Shown piece after piece: positions 18,200 through 28,036 of a stretch of 64,000 nucleotides of DNA. How positions within the stretch are numbered: the first letter of the stretch is position 1; every line of letters starts with the position of its first letter. The notes beneath the pieces are model-generated. The model worked only from the letters and a program-made list of their open reading frames with translations, had not been told where the DNA came from and searched no databases. Source of the stretch: Polyangiaceae bacterium (GTDB taxonomy: Bacteria; Myxococcota_A; Polyangia; Polyangiales; Polyangiaceae); NCBI GenBank assembly GCA_035063585.1, contig JAPSGB010000019.1, positions 21,398 through 85,397 on the forward strand, written 5' to 3'. Position numbers and translations under genes: made by a program.

Positions 18200-20164
18200 T
18201 CACTTCTTCCCGCCCGGGAGCCCGCCGAACTTCGCTATCGCGAGGGCGACCAGATCCTGACACTCGTCGGTCATCGGCTCGAGCGGAGCCTGCTCGAGCG
18301 GGTCCGCGTCGTCATCGTAGCAGTGCCACGTCGAATCCCAGGCCCGCGCCTCGACCTTCAGCGGGCCCTTCACATAGCCCCAGTTCTCGAACGCGCAGCT
18401 CCACACTCCGCCGCAGTTGGTCATGGGGAGCGCCGCGGTAGTGAGCTCGGGGCGGAGCAGGCTGTGGCCCGCCATCGCGGCCTCGTACTTGGCGATGGCG
18501 GGATCGTGCAGCACGCCGAGGAGATCGAGGATGGTCGGCGCCACATCCACATGGAAATTGAACTCGTCCCGCTTGGCGCGGAGGTGCTTCTGCTCGTCGT
18601 CGCTCAGCGTGCCGGGCGCGCCGTAGATCCAGGCCGGCACGTGCGTCTCCTCGGCGAGCACGCTGAAGGTGTGCCCCATCTGACCGTGCTCGCGGAACGC
18701 CTCGCCGTGATCGCTCGTGTACACCACCACGGTGCGCTTGCCCGCGTCGCTGTCGAGCACGCTCCGGAGCATCCGCGCGACGTGCTGATCCTGCTGCCAC
18801 ACGGCGTTCTGGTAGTAGCGCTTGAACTCCGAGTTCTTCTCGGGCGCTTTGCTGGTCGTGTAAGGACGAAACGGCGTGTCGTAGTGGTCCTGCACGAGGT
18901 ACGGGTAGTGGCAGTTCGAGAGGTGGATGACCGCGAGCCACGGCTCTCGGAGCTCGTGGAAGTGCTCCTCCACGTACGACGCCAGGAGCTGCTCCGGGGC
19001 GCCCATGTCGAGATCCGAGTACGGCCAGAGCTCGGTCGCGCTCACGAAGTGTCCGACGCCGAGGTTTTTCACGAAGAGCCGCGCGTTGCCGAACATCAGG
19101 TTCTGGCTGGTGAAATACGCGGTGTCGTAGCCGGCGGCCCGGGCGTAGTCGAAGATGAGCGGCCAGGTGTGCATCACCTCGCGCGAGGCGTCGGCGCCGG
19201 TGCCCGACCAGAGCACCGAGAGCGAGATGGCGGTGGTCGAGTCCATGCTGCGCATCCGGGTGAACGGGAAGCGCTCGGGCACGAGCCGGTTGGTGGCCCC
19301 GGTCCGCTCGCACTCGGGGTCGTATTCGATGCAGGTGCTGTCGGCGCGCACGCTCTCGAGCACGACGAGGAGCACGTTCCGTCTCGGCGTGTGCTTCGAG
19401 GTGAGCTTCGGCACCGGCAGCGACTGCCTCACCTTGGGTCGAAGCTGGTGGGATTCGTCCGTCCAGCCGAGCTGCGTCGCGAGGAGCCCGCCGACCGCGT
19501 TCAAGTAGAGCACGTCGGGCGTGGAGGCCTGGAGCTGCCGGTGCTGGGTCGGGAGCGCGAAGGAGGCGGCTGCGACCAGCGGCACCACGGCCGCCGCCAC
19601 GATCGCCGAGCGGCGCCGCGAGCGGATGAGCTTGCGCCCGAGCACGAGCGCCGCGAGGGCGCCGAGCAGCGGGAGCAGGTTCGCGCGCAGATAGGTGCCG
19701 AAGTCCGCGAAGAGCTGGTTTACGACGCTGTCCATCAGGTTCGATGCGAACCGCGAGACGTCGGTGTTCAGGTACGCGTTATACTGGCTGAAGAAATACG
19801 CTTGCCCGCCAAAGGTGAAGGTCACCCCGACGAGGAACAGCGCCGCGGCCACCCAACGCATTCGCCCGCGGCGGCGCGACGCCGCGTAGAGCAGCACGCC
19901 CCAGACCACCAGGCTCTCGAGCGCGGCGAGCGCGTAGTAGCCGCGATAGCGCCACGTCAAGAGCTCGATGCGCTCACCGCGCCGGGCGAAATCGATCGCG
20001 ATCGACGCCGCGGTCGGCGCGCAGAGGAGCGCCCACGCCGCCGCGCGACGGAGCCTCAGCGAGCGGCGAGCGCGCGCCGCCGATCTGGCGCCGAGCGCGG
20101 CGATGCCCGAGTCCGGCTCTGGGGCGGCTCGGGGCCCCTCGTCGTCGATACGCGCGTTTCCCAA
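18200..20164 (-). CDS. Membrane-anchored sulfatase/LTA-synthase (alkaline phosphatase superfamily) protein; start uncertain
   Basis: About five N-terminal TM segments; LVVLESVRAD, Thr-type nucleophile region DSTT, TSDHGE, HVP. Confidence 0.85.
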   Translation of the reverse strand: MGNARIDDEGPRAAPEPDSGIAALGARSAARARRSLRLRRAAAWALLCAPTAASIAIDFARRGERIELLTWRYRGYYALAALESLVVWGVLLYAASRRRGRMRWVAAALFLVGVTFTFGGQAYFFSQYNAYLNTDVSRFASNLMDSVVNQLFADFGTYLRANLLPLLGALAALVLGRKLIRSRRRSAIVAAAVVPLVAAASFALPTQHRQLQASTPDVLYLNAVGGLLATQLGWTDESHQLRPKVRQSLPVPKLTSKHTPRRNVLLVVLESVRADSTCIEYDPECERTGATNRLVPERFPFTRMRSMDSTTAISLSVLWSGTGADASREVMHTWPLIFDYARAAGYDTAYFTSQNLMFGNARLFVKNLGVGHFVSATELWPYSDLDMGAPEQLLASYVEEHFHELREPWLAVIHLSNCHYPYLVQDHYDTPFRPYTTSKAPEKNSEFKRYYQNAVWQQDQHVARMLRSVLDSDAGKRTVVVYTSDHGEAFREHGQMGHTFSVLAEETHVPAWIYGAPGTLSDDEQKHLRAKRDEFNFHVDVAPTILDLLGVLHDPAIAKYEAAMAGHSLLRPELTTAALPMTNCGGVWSCAFENWGYVKGPLKVEARAWDSTWHCYDDDADPLEQAPLEPMTDECQDLVALAIAKFGGLPGGKK

Positions 20165-20320
20165 GGACGGGGACGATGGTAGCGAAAATTCCCCGAAGCG
20201 CGAGCCGCCCTGCAGGTCGAAGGCTGCCCGGGTCGACCGGGTTCCCGGCCGAGGGGCGCTCGGCCGCCGAGATCCGATAGGTCGCCGCGCCGCCGCATCC
20301 GCGCTAGAATTTCGGCCCCG

Positions 20321-21211
20321 ATGGCGCGGCCCCTCGAGTTCAAGGCGCGCGTGCGGCTGCCCGCCGAGCTGTCGCTGCCCGCACCGCGCGCGCCGCGGCG
20401 CCTCGATCTGCGCTTCGTCGGCGCGCTCACGTGGCTCACCGCCTCCGCCATCGCGTACCTCGTGGTGACGCGCGGCGTCCCCTCGAGGGATTGGCTCGGC
20501 GGCGCGGCCGGCGGCGCGGCGCGAGGCGCGGTCGGCGGCGACGCGCCAGTGCCCCCGGCGCGCGTGACTCCGCCGCCGGCGCTCGCGGCGTCCGAGCCGG
20601 AGCCCGGCGCGCGCGCCGCGCGCGAGCCGCTCCGAGCGCCCCCCGCCCGGTCGTCCGAGGGCGTCGCGGTCGCGGCCGCGACGACGCGAGAGGCGGCCGA
20701 GCCGAGCGCCAGAGCTGCGCCGAAGGAGCCCGCAGCCGCGGAAGAGCCCGCAGCCGCGGAAGAGCCCGCCGCGGCGCGCGTCGCGGAGTCCGCGCCCGCG
20801 GCCGACTCGCTCCCGGACCCGCTCGCGGGGAGCGGCGCGCCCGCCTTCACGACGCCGAGCGCGGCGGCCCGCGCCCCGGCGTTCACCGGAGGTATGGGCT
20901 GCAGCGAGGCGATCGAGACGTATCACCAGCAAGTCGAGATCGGGGGCCCGAGCGGCCCCGCCGATCTGACGCGCGGCCAGTTCGCCGCGGTGCTCGAGAA
21001 CGGCGGGTGGTTCGCGTGGTGTCAGGTCCCGTCATCGTTCGCGCTCGAGGTGTGCGTCGCGGTGAAGGGCGGGCGCGCGGTCGGCGTGACCGCGCGCACC
21101 ACGCCGCGAAGCTATCGGACGGAGGCGTGCGTGGCGAAGGCGGCGCGACGGCTCTCCTTCCCGTCGAGCCCGCGCCTGGACGTCACGCGGACGGTCTTCG
21201 AGGCCGACTGA
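20321..21211 (+). CDS. Membrane-anchored protein with Pro/Ala linker and Cys-containing TonB-C/AgmX-like C-terminal domain
   Basis: Single TM, EPAAAE repeats, C-terminal CVAVKGGRAVGV...CVAKAARRLSFP; TAGAAT upstream. Confidence 0.7.
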   Translation: MARPLEFKARVRLPAELSLPAPRAPRRLDLRFVGALTWLTASAIAYLVVTRGVPSRDWLGGAAGGAARGAVGGDAPVPPARVTPPPALAASEPEPGARAAREPLRAPPARSSEGVAVAAATTREAAEPSARAAPKEPAAAEEPAAAEEPAAARVAESAPAADSLPDPLAGSGAPAFTTPSAAARAPAFTGGMGCSEAIETYHQQVEIGGPSGPADLTRGQFAAVLENGGWFAWCQVPSSFALEVCVAVKGGRAVGVTARTTPRSYRTEACVAKAARRLSFPSSPRLDVTRTVFEAD

Positions 21212-21271
21212 CGGCGCGCCGCGCCGCCGGCCGCGCCGGCGCGACCTCCCCTCGAGGGCCCGCAGCCCGGG

Positions 21272-22075
21272 TCAGGCGTCGGTGAGCCAGCTCGTGATGA
21301 GGTAGTTCGCGATGAGGACCGCGACCGCGCTCTGCACGACCGCGCGAGTGGTCGCCTGACCGACGCCGCGCGCGCCGCCGGACGCGAAGAAGCCCTGATG
21401 ACACGAGATGCTCGCGATGAGAAAGCCAAACACCGCGGCCTTCACCTCGCCCATCCAGAAGTCCTTGAAGGTGAGGTATTTCTCGATGTTCGCGAGGAAG
21501 GTGCCCGGATCGATGCCGAGCCCCTGCACCGCGACGACCCAGGCGCCCAGCATACCGATGGAGCTGTAAAGGATGCAGAGGAGCGGCCCCATCAGCACGG
21601 CGGCGACGAGGCGCGGCACCAGCAGGTACTGCACCGGGCTCACCGCCATGGTGGTGAGCGCGTCCACCTGCTCGGTCACGCGCATGTTGCCGAGCTCGGC
21701 GGCCATCGCGCTCCCGGCGCGCGCGGTGATCATGAGCGCGGAAAACACCGGGCTGATCTCGCGCGCGAGCGACACCGCGACCACCGAGCCAACCAACGCC
21801 TCTGCGCCGAAGGTCCGCATGGTGTTCACCATCTGCAGCGCGAGCACCATGCCGCTGAAGAGCCCGGTCAGCGAGATGATGAACACCGACTGGACCCCGA
21901 TGAAGTCCATCGAGAGGAGGAGCTGCCCGACGCGGTACGGCGGGCGCACGAGCCAGAGCAAGGTCTGGCCGGTGAGGATCAGGAACGAGCCGAGCGCCTC
22001 GAGCGCACCCACGAGCGGGCGGGTGAGCGAGGCGAAGAGCCCTGGCCCCGAGCCTGCACCGCGGCGCGTCGACAC
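21272..22075 (-). CDS. mlaE: MlaE-family ABC permease
   Basis: REISPV, RAGSAMAAELGNMRVTEQVDAL, GGARGVGQATTRAVV. Confidence 0.93.
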   Translation of the reverse strand: MSTRRGAGSGPGLFASLTRPLVGALEALGSFLILTGQTLLWLVRPPYRVGQLLLSMDFIGVQSVFIISLTGLFSGMVLALQMVNTMRTFGAEALVGSVVAVSLAREISPVFSALMITARAGSAMAAELGNMRVTEQVDALTTMAVSPVQYLLVPRLVAAVLMGPLLCILYSSIGMLGAWVVAVQGLGIDPGTFLANIEKYLTFKDFWMGEVKAAVFGFLIASISCHQGFFASGGARGVGQATTRAVVQSAVAVLIANYLITSWLTDA

Positions 22076-22084
22076 GGCGCTCTT

Positions 22085-22549
22085 CTAACCCGGACCCCGA
22101 AGCGCCGCGAGCACCTCCGCGGCGCGCGGCCCGGTCGCGGTGATTCGCGCGCTCCGCGGCTCGACCGAGAGGCTCACCACGAGCGCGTCGCCGCCGAGCT
22201 CGGCGATGAACGGCTCCCCCCACTCGACGACCACGAGCGCGCCGTCGTCACGTCGCTCGGCGAGCCCGAGCTCGAGCACGTCGGCGGCGCCGGCGAGGCG
22301 ATAGAGATCGGCGTGGTAGACGCGCACTCGCGCCTGGTGCTCGCTCACCAGCGTGAAGGTCGGGCTCGTGACACGCTCCTCCGCGGGGAGCCCGAGCGCC
22401 CGACACATCGCGCGCGTGAGGAAGGTCTTGCCCGCGCCGAGCTCGCCCGAGAGGACCACGAGGTCACCGCCCGCGACCGCGCGCGCGAGGCGTCGGCCGA
22501 GATGGACCGTGGCGCGTCGCGTAGGGAGCGGGAGCACGAGATCGGTCAT
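22085..22549 (-). CDS. tsaE: tRNA t6A biosynthesis ATPase TsaE
   Basis: GELGAGKT, VTSPTF, HADLYRL, VEWG; ATGA overlap with the upstream gene. Confidence 0.95.
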   Translation of the reverse strand: MTDLVLPLPTRRATVHLGRRLARAVAGGDLVVLSGELGAGKTFLTRAMCRALGLPAEERVTSPTFTLVSEHQARVRVYHADLYRLAGAADVLELGLAERRDDGALVVVEWGEPFIAELGGDALVVSLSVEPRSARITATGPRAAEVLAALRGPG

Positions 22550-24378
22550 CGCGCGCTCACCGTGTGAAGCTCGCGCTCGAGCGCGCGGCCGCCCTCGAAG
22601 CCCGGGCGCGCGCTGGTCCAGAGCGGCGCGCGGACGGTCGCCAGGCGCGCGCGCGCCTGCTCGTGGAGCTCGGCGACCGCGGCCGCGTCGTCGGCCACCT
22701 CGAGCGGAAAGGTGGCGAGCGCGGCGGCGGCGAGCATTCCGGCGTCGTACCCGAGGGCGACGAAGAAGTTCGGCGGAGCGCCGGTCGCCTCGACGAAGGC
22801 CTCGAGCGCCGCGGGTGCGCCCGCCCCGGGGACCCACGGAAAGCTCCCGGTCGCGACCGCGAGCCGCGGTCCGGTGAGGCTCCGGCTCGCGATGAGCTCG
22901 GCGCTCTCGAGTCCGAGCCCGATGAGCGGCCGCCGACCGGCCGCGGCGAGCTCGTCCACCGCGTCACGCGTGCAGCCTGCCGCGCCAAAGGACGCGAGGG
23001 CGTCGATTCGCTCCCGCTTCCACTCCGAGACTGGAAAGCGCGGCGCGCCCGCCGAAGCCGGGGCGGCGTCGCACGACGCGCCGCCGCTGCCCACTCGCGC
23101 GACGCGCGCGGCGCCCGCAGACCGCAGCGCGGCGAGCAGCACTTCCTCGGCGCGTTCGGGCGCGGCCGCGAGGCTGAAGGCGAACCCGCCCGCGGGAGGC
23201 GGCGCAGAGGGCGCGAGCACGATCACCGGAATCGAGCGCGCGACCGCGAACCGCGTGGCGCGTTCGGCGCTGGCCCCGGTGACGCCCGCCACCAAGATCG
23301 CCGCACCGTCGCCGGCGAGCGCCGCGAGCGCGTGGTCGGTCGCCTCGAGGTCGCCTCCGTCGTCGCGCACTGCGAGCCGCACCGCCTCGTCGCGACGGGC
23401 GGACTCGGGCAGCCCGAGCGCGCGCGTGAGCCCCGCCGCCACCGACGCCGAGCGCCGGCGCTCCTCGGCGCTGGTCACGCTGAGCAGGAGCCCGACCGAG
23501 CGCCCCGCCACGCGCGCCACCACCTGACCGCGTGCCGCGAGCCGCGCGAGCGCGTCGCCGCGCTCGCCGGCACGGACGCTCGCCGGCCCGCTCTCGATGA
23601 GGCGCTGCGCGAGCGCTGGGTCGCCGCCGTCGAGCGCGCGCGAGATGAGCGTCTCGCGGAGGACGCGACGGAGCCAGCTCCGCGGGCCGGCCCGCGTCGC
23701 GCTGCCGACGCCGCGCCGCGCCTCGTCGTCGAGCGCGGCGAGCCCGCCCTCGAGCGAGCGCGACGGGACGCCGCCGAGCAGCTCCTCGACCCGCGCCTCG
23801 ACCGCGTCACGGCTCTCGAGGGGCGCCTGCACCAACCAGTCGAGGAGATAGTCGAGCGCCGCCCGCCACCGCTTCGCGCCGAGGGCGGCGTGCACCAGCT
23901 CCTCGCCGTAGACGAGCCGCTCGTCGAGATCGACGATCTTGCCGTCGAGCGGCGCGAGCAGCACGAGCGCGCGGGCGGCTTGCCCCTGGCGCGTGAGGAT
24001 GGCGGCGCGAGTCACGGTCGCGAGATCCTGCGCGCTGCCGGCGCGGCCGCCGAGCGCGTCGCGAACCATGGCCTGAGCCTCGGGGAGCCGCCCCTGCTCG
24101 ATGCGGATCCACGCGAGGTAGATGCGCGCGATGCGCGCGCGGGCGTCCTCGGGGTGCGCGCGAAGGAACCCGACCACCTTCGCCTCGAGGGCGGGACGGG
24201 CGGAGGGCGACGCCGCGAGCCAGGAGCGCTGCATGGACCGGAACTCGCGCTGCGCGGCGAGCGACCCCGCGAGCGTGGGTGACGGGCGGGCACCGTCCGA
24301 CGCCGCGCTGGCGCAGGCCACCGCCGCCGAGAGCACCCCGACGATCATCAGAAAATAGCGAGGATCGTGCGGCTTCAT
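22546..24378 (-). CDS. Lipoprotein, N-terminal helical region plus periplasmic-binding-like C-domain (LpoA/LppC-like architecture)
   Basis: Lipobox AVAC; VGLLLS...GLTRALG, LAVRDDGG, ALGYDAG pattern of type I periplasmic-binding folds. Confidence 0.65.
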   Translation of the reverse strand: MKPHDPRYFLMIVGVLSAAVACASAASDGARPSPTLAGSLAAQREFRSMQRSWLAASPSARPALEAKVVGFLRAHPEDARARIARIYLAWIRIEQGRLPEAQAMVRDALGGRAGSAQDLATVTRAAILTRQGQAARALVLLAPLDGKIVDLDERLVYGEELVHAALGAKRWRAALDYLLDWLVQAPLESRDAVEARVEELLGGVPSRSLEGGLAALDDEARRGVGSATRAGPRSWLRRVLRETLISRALDGGDPALAQRLIESGPASVRAGERGDALARLAARGQVVARVAGRSVGLLLSVTSAEERRRSASVAAGLTRALGLPESARRDEAVRLAVRDDGGDLEATDHALAALAGDGAAILVAGVTGASAERATRFAVARSIPVIVLAPSAPPPAGGFAFSLAAAPERAEEVLLAALRSAGAARVARVGSGGASCDAAPASAGAPRFPVSEWKRERIDALASFGAAGCTRDAVDELAAAGRRPLIGLGLESAELIASRSLTGPRLAVATGSFPWVPGAGAPAALEAFVEATGAPPNFFVALGYDAGMLAAAALATFPLEVADDAAAVAELHEQARARLATVRAPLWTSARPGFEGGRALERELHTVSAR

Positions 24379-24456
24379 CGGCGCGTCTTGGTTTGGCGGA
24401 GGAGCCGTGCTCCCTTACGGGCCGCCAGGCGAGACTGCCTGCTCGGAGGTATCCGC

Positions 24457-25227
24457 GTGTCCGACGACCTTGCCAGCACCTCGCTCTCGTCGAGAGACCG
24501 CCGCGCCTTCGTGCTTCGTAAGCTCCACTCGCTCACCGGGGTGATTCCGGTCGGAATCTACCTCAGCCTGCACATCTTCACGAACGCCAAGGCGATGGAG
24601 GGCGCGCAGGCCTACGACGAGGCCGTCGCCGGGCTCGCTCGGTGGCCGTATTGGAGCGTGGTCGAGGTGGTGGGGCTGTACCTCCCGCTCGCGTTCCATG
24701 CGCTCTACGGCGTCAAGCTCACGCTCGAGGCTCGCCCGAACAATCGACGCTACCCATTCTCGCGAAACTGGATGTACACCCTTCAGCGCGTCACCGGGCT
24801 CTTGGCGCTCGGGTTCATCGCGTACCACCTGTGGCACCTCCGCGCGCAGGTAGGGCTCGGCACGATGGAGCGAGCGGACTACTTCCCGCGCCTCTGCGCC
24901 ACGCTCTCGAGCACGACCGCGAGCGGGATCCCGGTGGCGGCCATCGCCTACTTGATCGGGGTCGCCGCCTGCGTGTTCCACTTCGCGAACGGGCTGCATG
25001 GTTTCTGCTTCTCGTGGGGTATCACCGTTTCTCGTCGCGCGGCGCGCTCGACCGCCCTCGTGTTCGGCCTCTTCGGCGTGGCGCTCTTCGCGGTGGCGGC
25101 GAGCACCATCATCTATTTTGCGACCGGCTCCCGGCTGGTGCTGGCGCCCGGCGCGGCGAGCGGCGCGCCTCCGCCCATCACCTGCCGCGACCTCACCGCG
25201 GGTAGCCTCGCGGCGGTGGTGCGATGA
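24457..25227 (+). CDS. sdhC: Succinate dehydrogenase cytochrome b558 subunit (Bacillus-type, diheme)
   Basis: GTG with GGAGGT RBS; RKLHSLTGVIP, LHIFTN, FHALYG, QRVTG, YHLW, FHFANG. Confidence 0.9.
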   Translation: MSDDLASTSLSSRDRRAFVLRKLHSLTGVIPVGIYLSLHIFTNAKAMEGAQAYDEAVAGLARWPYWSVVEVVGLYLPLAFHALYGVKLTLEARPNNRRYPFSRNWMYTLQRVTGLLALGFIAYHLWHLRAQVGLGTMERADYFPRLCATLSSTTASGIPVAAIAYLIGVAACVFHFANGLHGFCFSWGITVSRRAARSTALVFGLFGVALFAVAASTIIYFATGSRLVLAPGAASGAPPPITCRDLTAGSLAAVVR

Positions 25228-27239
25228 ACGACCGTTCCGCCCGGAGCGACCGCGCGAAGCTCCGTCGCGCGATCGTGGTCGGCGCCGGGATCGCCGGCCT
25301 GATGACGACGCTCGAGCTCGCCGAGGCGGGCATCCCGGTCTTGCTCGTCAGCCTCGGGCCGGCGCGTCGCTCACCGTCGGGGACCATCCAGAGCGGGCTC
25401 GATGCCGCGGTCGAGTCGGGCGGCGACGAGCCGCGCCTTCACCTCGACGACACGCTGGTCGGGGGTGATTTCCTCGCCCCTCAGCCCCCGGTGCGGAGCA
25501 TGACGGAGGCCGCGCCGCGACTGGTCGAGCTGCTCGATCGGATGGGCGTCCCCTTCGAGCGCTCGCCGGAGGGGCGTCTCGCGCGCCGGCGCTCGGAGGG
25601 GTCGCGCATCGCGCGGGCGAGCTTCGCGGGCGCGAGCACCGGGCAGCACGTGCTCGCCGCGCTCGACGAGCAGGTGCGCCGGCTCGAGGTCCGCGGCGTC
25701 ACCGACGAGCACGGGGTCCGCATCCCAGGCGAGCGGCTGGTGCTCGTGCTCGAGCCGTTCGAGTTCCTCGGCGTGGTCCGAGACGACCGGGGCGCGTGCG
25801 TCGGGGTCGTCCTCCAGGATCTTCGCAGCATGCGGATCAAGGCGTATCCGGCCGACGGCGTGTGCCTCGCGACCGGCGGCGCGCGCGCGCTCTTTGCGCC
25901 CGGCGCGGGCGAGCCGCTCTCCACGGGCAGCGCCGCCGCCGCCGTTCATCGTCAGGGCGCCGCGCTCGCGAACCCCGAGCTCATCGAGGTCTGCCCGACG
26001 GCCATCGTGAGCGACGACGCGGCGTACCTCATCGGAGACGCGGCGCGCGGCGAGGGCGGCCGCCTCTTCGCCCCGAAGGACCCGCGCGAAGCGCGGCGCC
26101 CGCGCGACATCCCCGAGCGAGACCGCGACTACTTCCTCGAGCGGCTCTACCCCGAGCTCGGAAACCTGGTCCCCCCGGACGTCGCCGCCCGCGCCGTGCT
26201 CCGAGCGGCTGCCGCTGGCGACGACCCGGCCGGCTCCGCGCTCACGAGCGAGGGCGAGTGCCCCGTCTACCTCGAGCTCTCGCACCGCCCCGCGCACGTG
26301 CTCGAGGCGCGGCTCGGTCGCGTGCTCACGCTCGGCGAGAAGTTCGCGGACACCGACCCGCGCGCCGAGCCGCTGCGGGTCACGCCCGCCGTCAGCCGTA
26401 CGCTCGGCGGCCTCTGGGTGGATTACGAAGCCGATGACTCGGGGAGGATCGTGGTCGGTTCGGCGCGGAACCACGCGACCAGCCTGCCCGGCCTCTACGC
26501 GGCGGGCGGCGTCGCCGCCCAGTATCACGGCGCCTCGGCGCTCGGCGGCAACCTCATCCTCGCCGACCTCTACGGCGCGCGGCTCGCGGCGGCCTCGCTG
26601 ATCGCCTACCGCGCGGGCCTCGCGCGGAGCGCCTTCGACTCGCCGAGCTCGCTCTTCGAGCGGGCGGAGGCCGCGGAGCGCTCGCGCTACGAGGAGATCC
26701 TTGGGCGCAGCTCGGGCAGGGAGGACGCGGAGAACCCCTTCGAGCTGAAGGACGAGCTCGGCCGCGCCCTGCTCAGCGACGCAGGCGCGCTCCGCGACGA
26801 CGCGCGCCTCTACGCGCTCCTCGAGACCATCCACGCGCTGGAGTCGCGGCTCGGCAACGCGCGCGTCACCGACACCGCGACGCGCATGAACCAGAGCGCG
26901 CAGATGGTCCGTCAGCTCGGCAACATGCTGGTCTACGCGCGAGCCCTCGCGGAGGGCGCGCGCGCGCGCGCCGAGTGCCGCGGCGCGCACTACAAGTCGA
27001 AGCACGACCCTCGGGTGACCCCCGGCGCCGTCGGACGCGACGACGCGCGCTGGCTCCGCACCACGCTCGCGCTCGCGACGGGAGACGGCGAGGTGCGGCT
27101 CGTCCGCGAGCTCGACTACGAGCTCGGCGGGCGCACGATTCACGTCACCGACGCAGTGGACACGCGCTGGGTCGCGCCACGTCCCCGCGAGCTGGGTGAA
27201 GCAGAGCGAACGCGGCGGCGCGCGCCGGAGGAGTCCTGA
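25224..27239 (+). CDS. sdhA: Succinate dehydrogenase flavoprotein homolog with degenerate active site
   Basis: GAGIAG, DDTLVGGDFL, ALDEQVRR, ARGEGG, CRGAHYK; catalytic His/Arg residues replaced (see findings). Confidence 0.88.
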   Translation: MNDRSARSDRAKLRRAIVVGAGIAGLMTTLELAEAGIPVLLVSLGPARRSPSGTIQSGLDAAVESGGDEPRLHLDDTLVGGDFLAPQPPVRSMTEAAPRLVELLDRMGVPFERSPEGRLARRRSEGSRIARASFAGASTGQHVLAALDEQVRRLEVRGVTDEHGVRIPGERLVLVLEPFEFLGVVRDDRGACVGVVLQDLRSMRIKAYPADGVCLATGGARALFAPGAGEPLSTGSAAAAVHRQGAALANPELIEVCPTAIVSDDAAYLIGDAARGEGGRLFAPKDPREARRPRDIPERDRDYFLERLYPELGNLVPPDVAARAVLRAAAAGDDPAGSALTSEGECPVYLELSHRPAHVLEARLGRVLTLGEKFADTDPRAEPLRVTPAVSRTLGGLWVDYEADDSGRIVVGSARNHATSLPGLYAAGGVAAQYHGASALGGNLILADLYGARLAAASLIAYRAGLARSAFDSPSSLFERAEAAERSRYEEILGRSSGREDAENPFELKDELGRALLSDAGALRDDARLYALLETIHALESRLGNARVTDTATRMNQSAQMVRQLGNMLVYARALAEGARARAECRGAHYKSKHDPRVTPGAVGRDDARWLRTTLALATGDGEVRLVRELDYELGGRTIHVTDAVDTRWVAPRPRELGEAERTRRRAPEES

Positions 27240-28027
27240 TGACGGGAGCCGAACGGACGGTGAGCGGCGGGGGCCGAATTCGCGTGAGAGTCCGCCGCCA
27301 GGACGCCGCGGATGCGCCCGAGACGCGACGCTGGGAGGAGTTCTCGATCGAGCGGCGGCCGCGGATGACGGTCGTGAGCTGTCTGCGTCGGATCCAGCGC
27401 CAGCCGGTCACCGCGGACGGGCGCGTGGTGGCGCCGGTCGCGTGGGAGTCGGGCTGTCTCGACGACTCGTGCGGCGCCTGCACCATGTTGGTGAACGGGC
27501 GCGTGCGTCAGGCCTGCGCGACGCAAGTCGATGCCATTTCGCCCAAGGGCGAGCCCATCGTGCTCGAGCCACTCGGCAAGTTCCCGCTGGTGCGCGATCT
27601 CGTGGTCGATCGCGCGCGCCTGTTCGACTCCTTCAAGCGCGTTCACGCGTGGACCGAGCTCGACGGCCTTTCCGCGCTCGGGCCGGGCCCCGCATATTCA
27701 CCGACGCGCCAGCGGGAGCTGCTCTCGCTCGGCGGCTGCATCGCGTGCGCCGCCTGCCTGGAGGCGTGTCCGCAGTACGGCAACCAGAGCGACTACCTCG
27801 GCGCGGCCGCGCTGAACCAGGTGCGGCTCATGAACCTGCGGCCGCTCGGCGCGCTGAACGAGGTCGAGCGGCTCGAGACGGTGATGGCTCCGGGCGGCGT
27901 CGCGGACTGCGGCAAGGCGCAGGTCTGCGTCGAGGTGTGTCCGGCGAACCTCCCGCTGGTCGACTCCATCCAGCAGGTTGCCCGAGCCACGACCCGGCGG
28001 CTCATCCTCGGCTGGCTCTTGAGGTAG
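27239..28027 (+). CDS. sdhB: Succinate dehydrogenase iron-sulfur subunit
   Basis: CLDDSCGAC...C [2Fe-2S]; CIACAACLEACP; CGKAQVCVEVCP; FPLVRDLVVDR. Confidence 0.92.
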   Translation: MTGAERTVSGGGRIRVRVRRQDAADAPETRRWEEFSIERRPRMTVVSCLRRIQRQPVTADGRVVAPVAWESGCLDDSCGACTMLVNGRVRQACATQVDAISPKGEPIVLEPLGKFPLVRDLVVDRARLFDSFKRVHAWTELDGLSALGPGPAYSPTRQRELLSLGGCIACAACLEACPQYGNQSDYLGAAALNQVRLMNLRPLGALNEVERLETVMAPGGVADCGKAQVCVEVCPANLPLVDSIQQVARATTRRLILGWLLR

Positions 28028-28036
28028 TACGAGCAG

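Noticed and set aside
20165..20932. Long N-terminal extension of the sulfatase ORF
   Set aside because: Low-complexity Arg/Gly sequence overlapping the better-supported plus-strand gene at 20321.
25224..27239. SdhA-like gene as NadB or a frameshifted pseudogene
   Set aside because: It is flanked by sdhC and sdhB and follows the Bacillus-type SdhA scaffold; NadB would retain the substrate His/Arg residues; the frame is uninterrupted.
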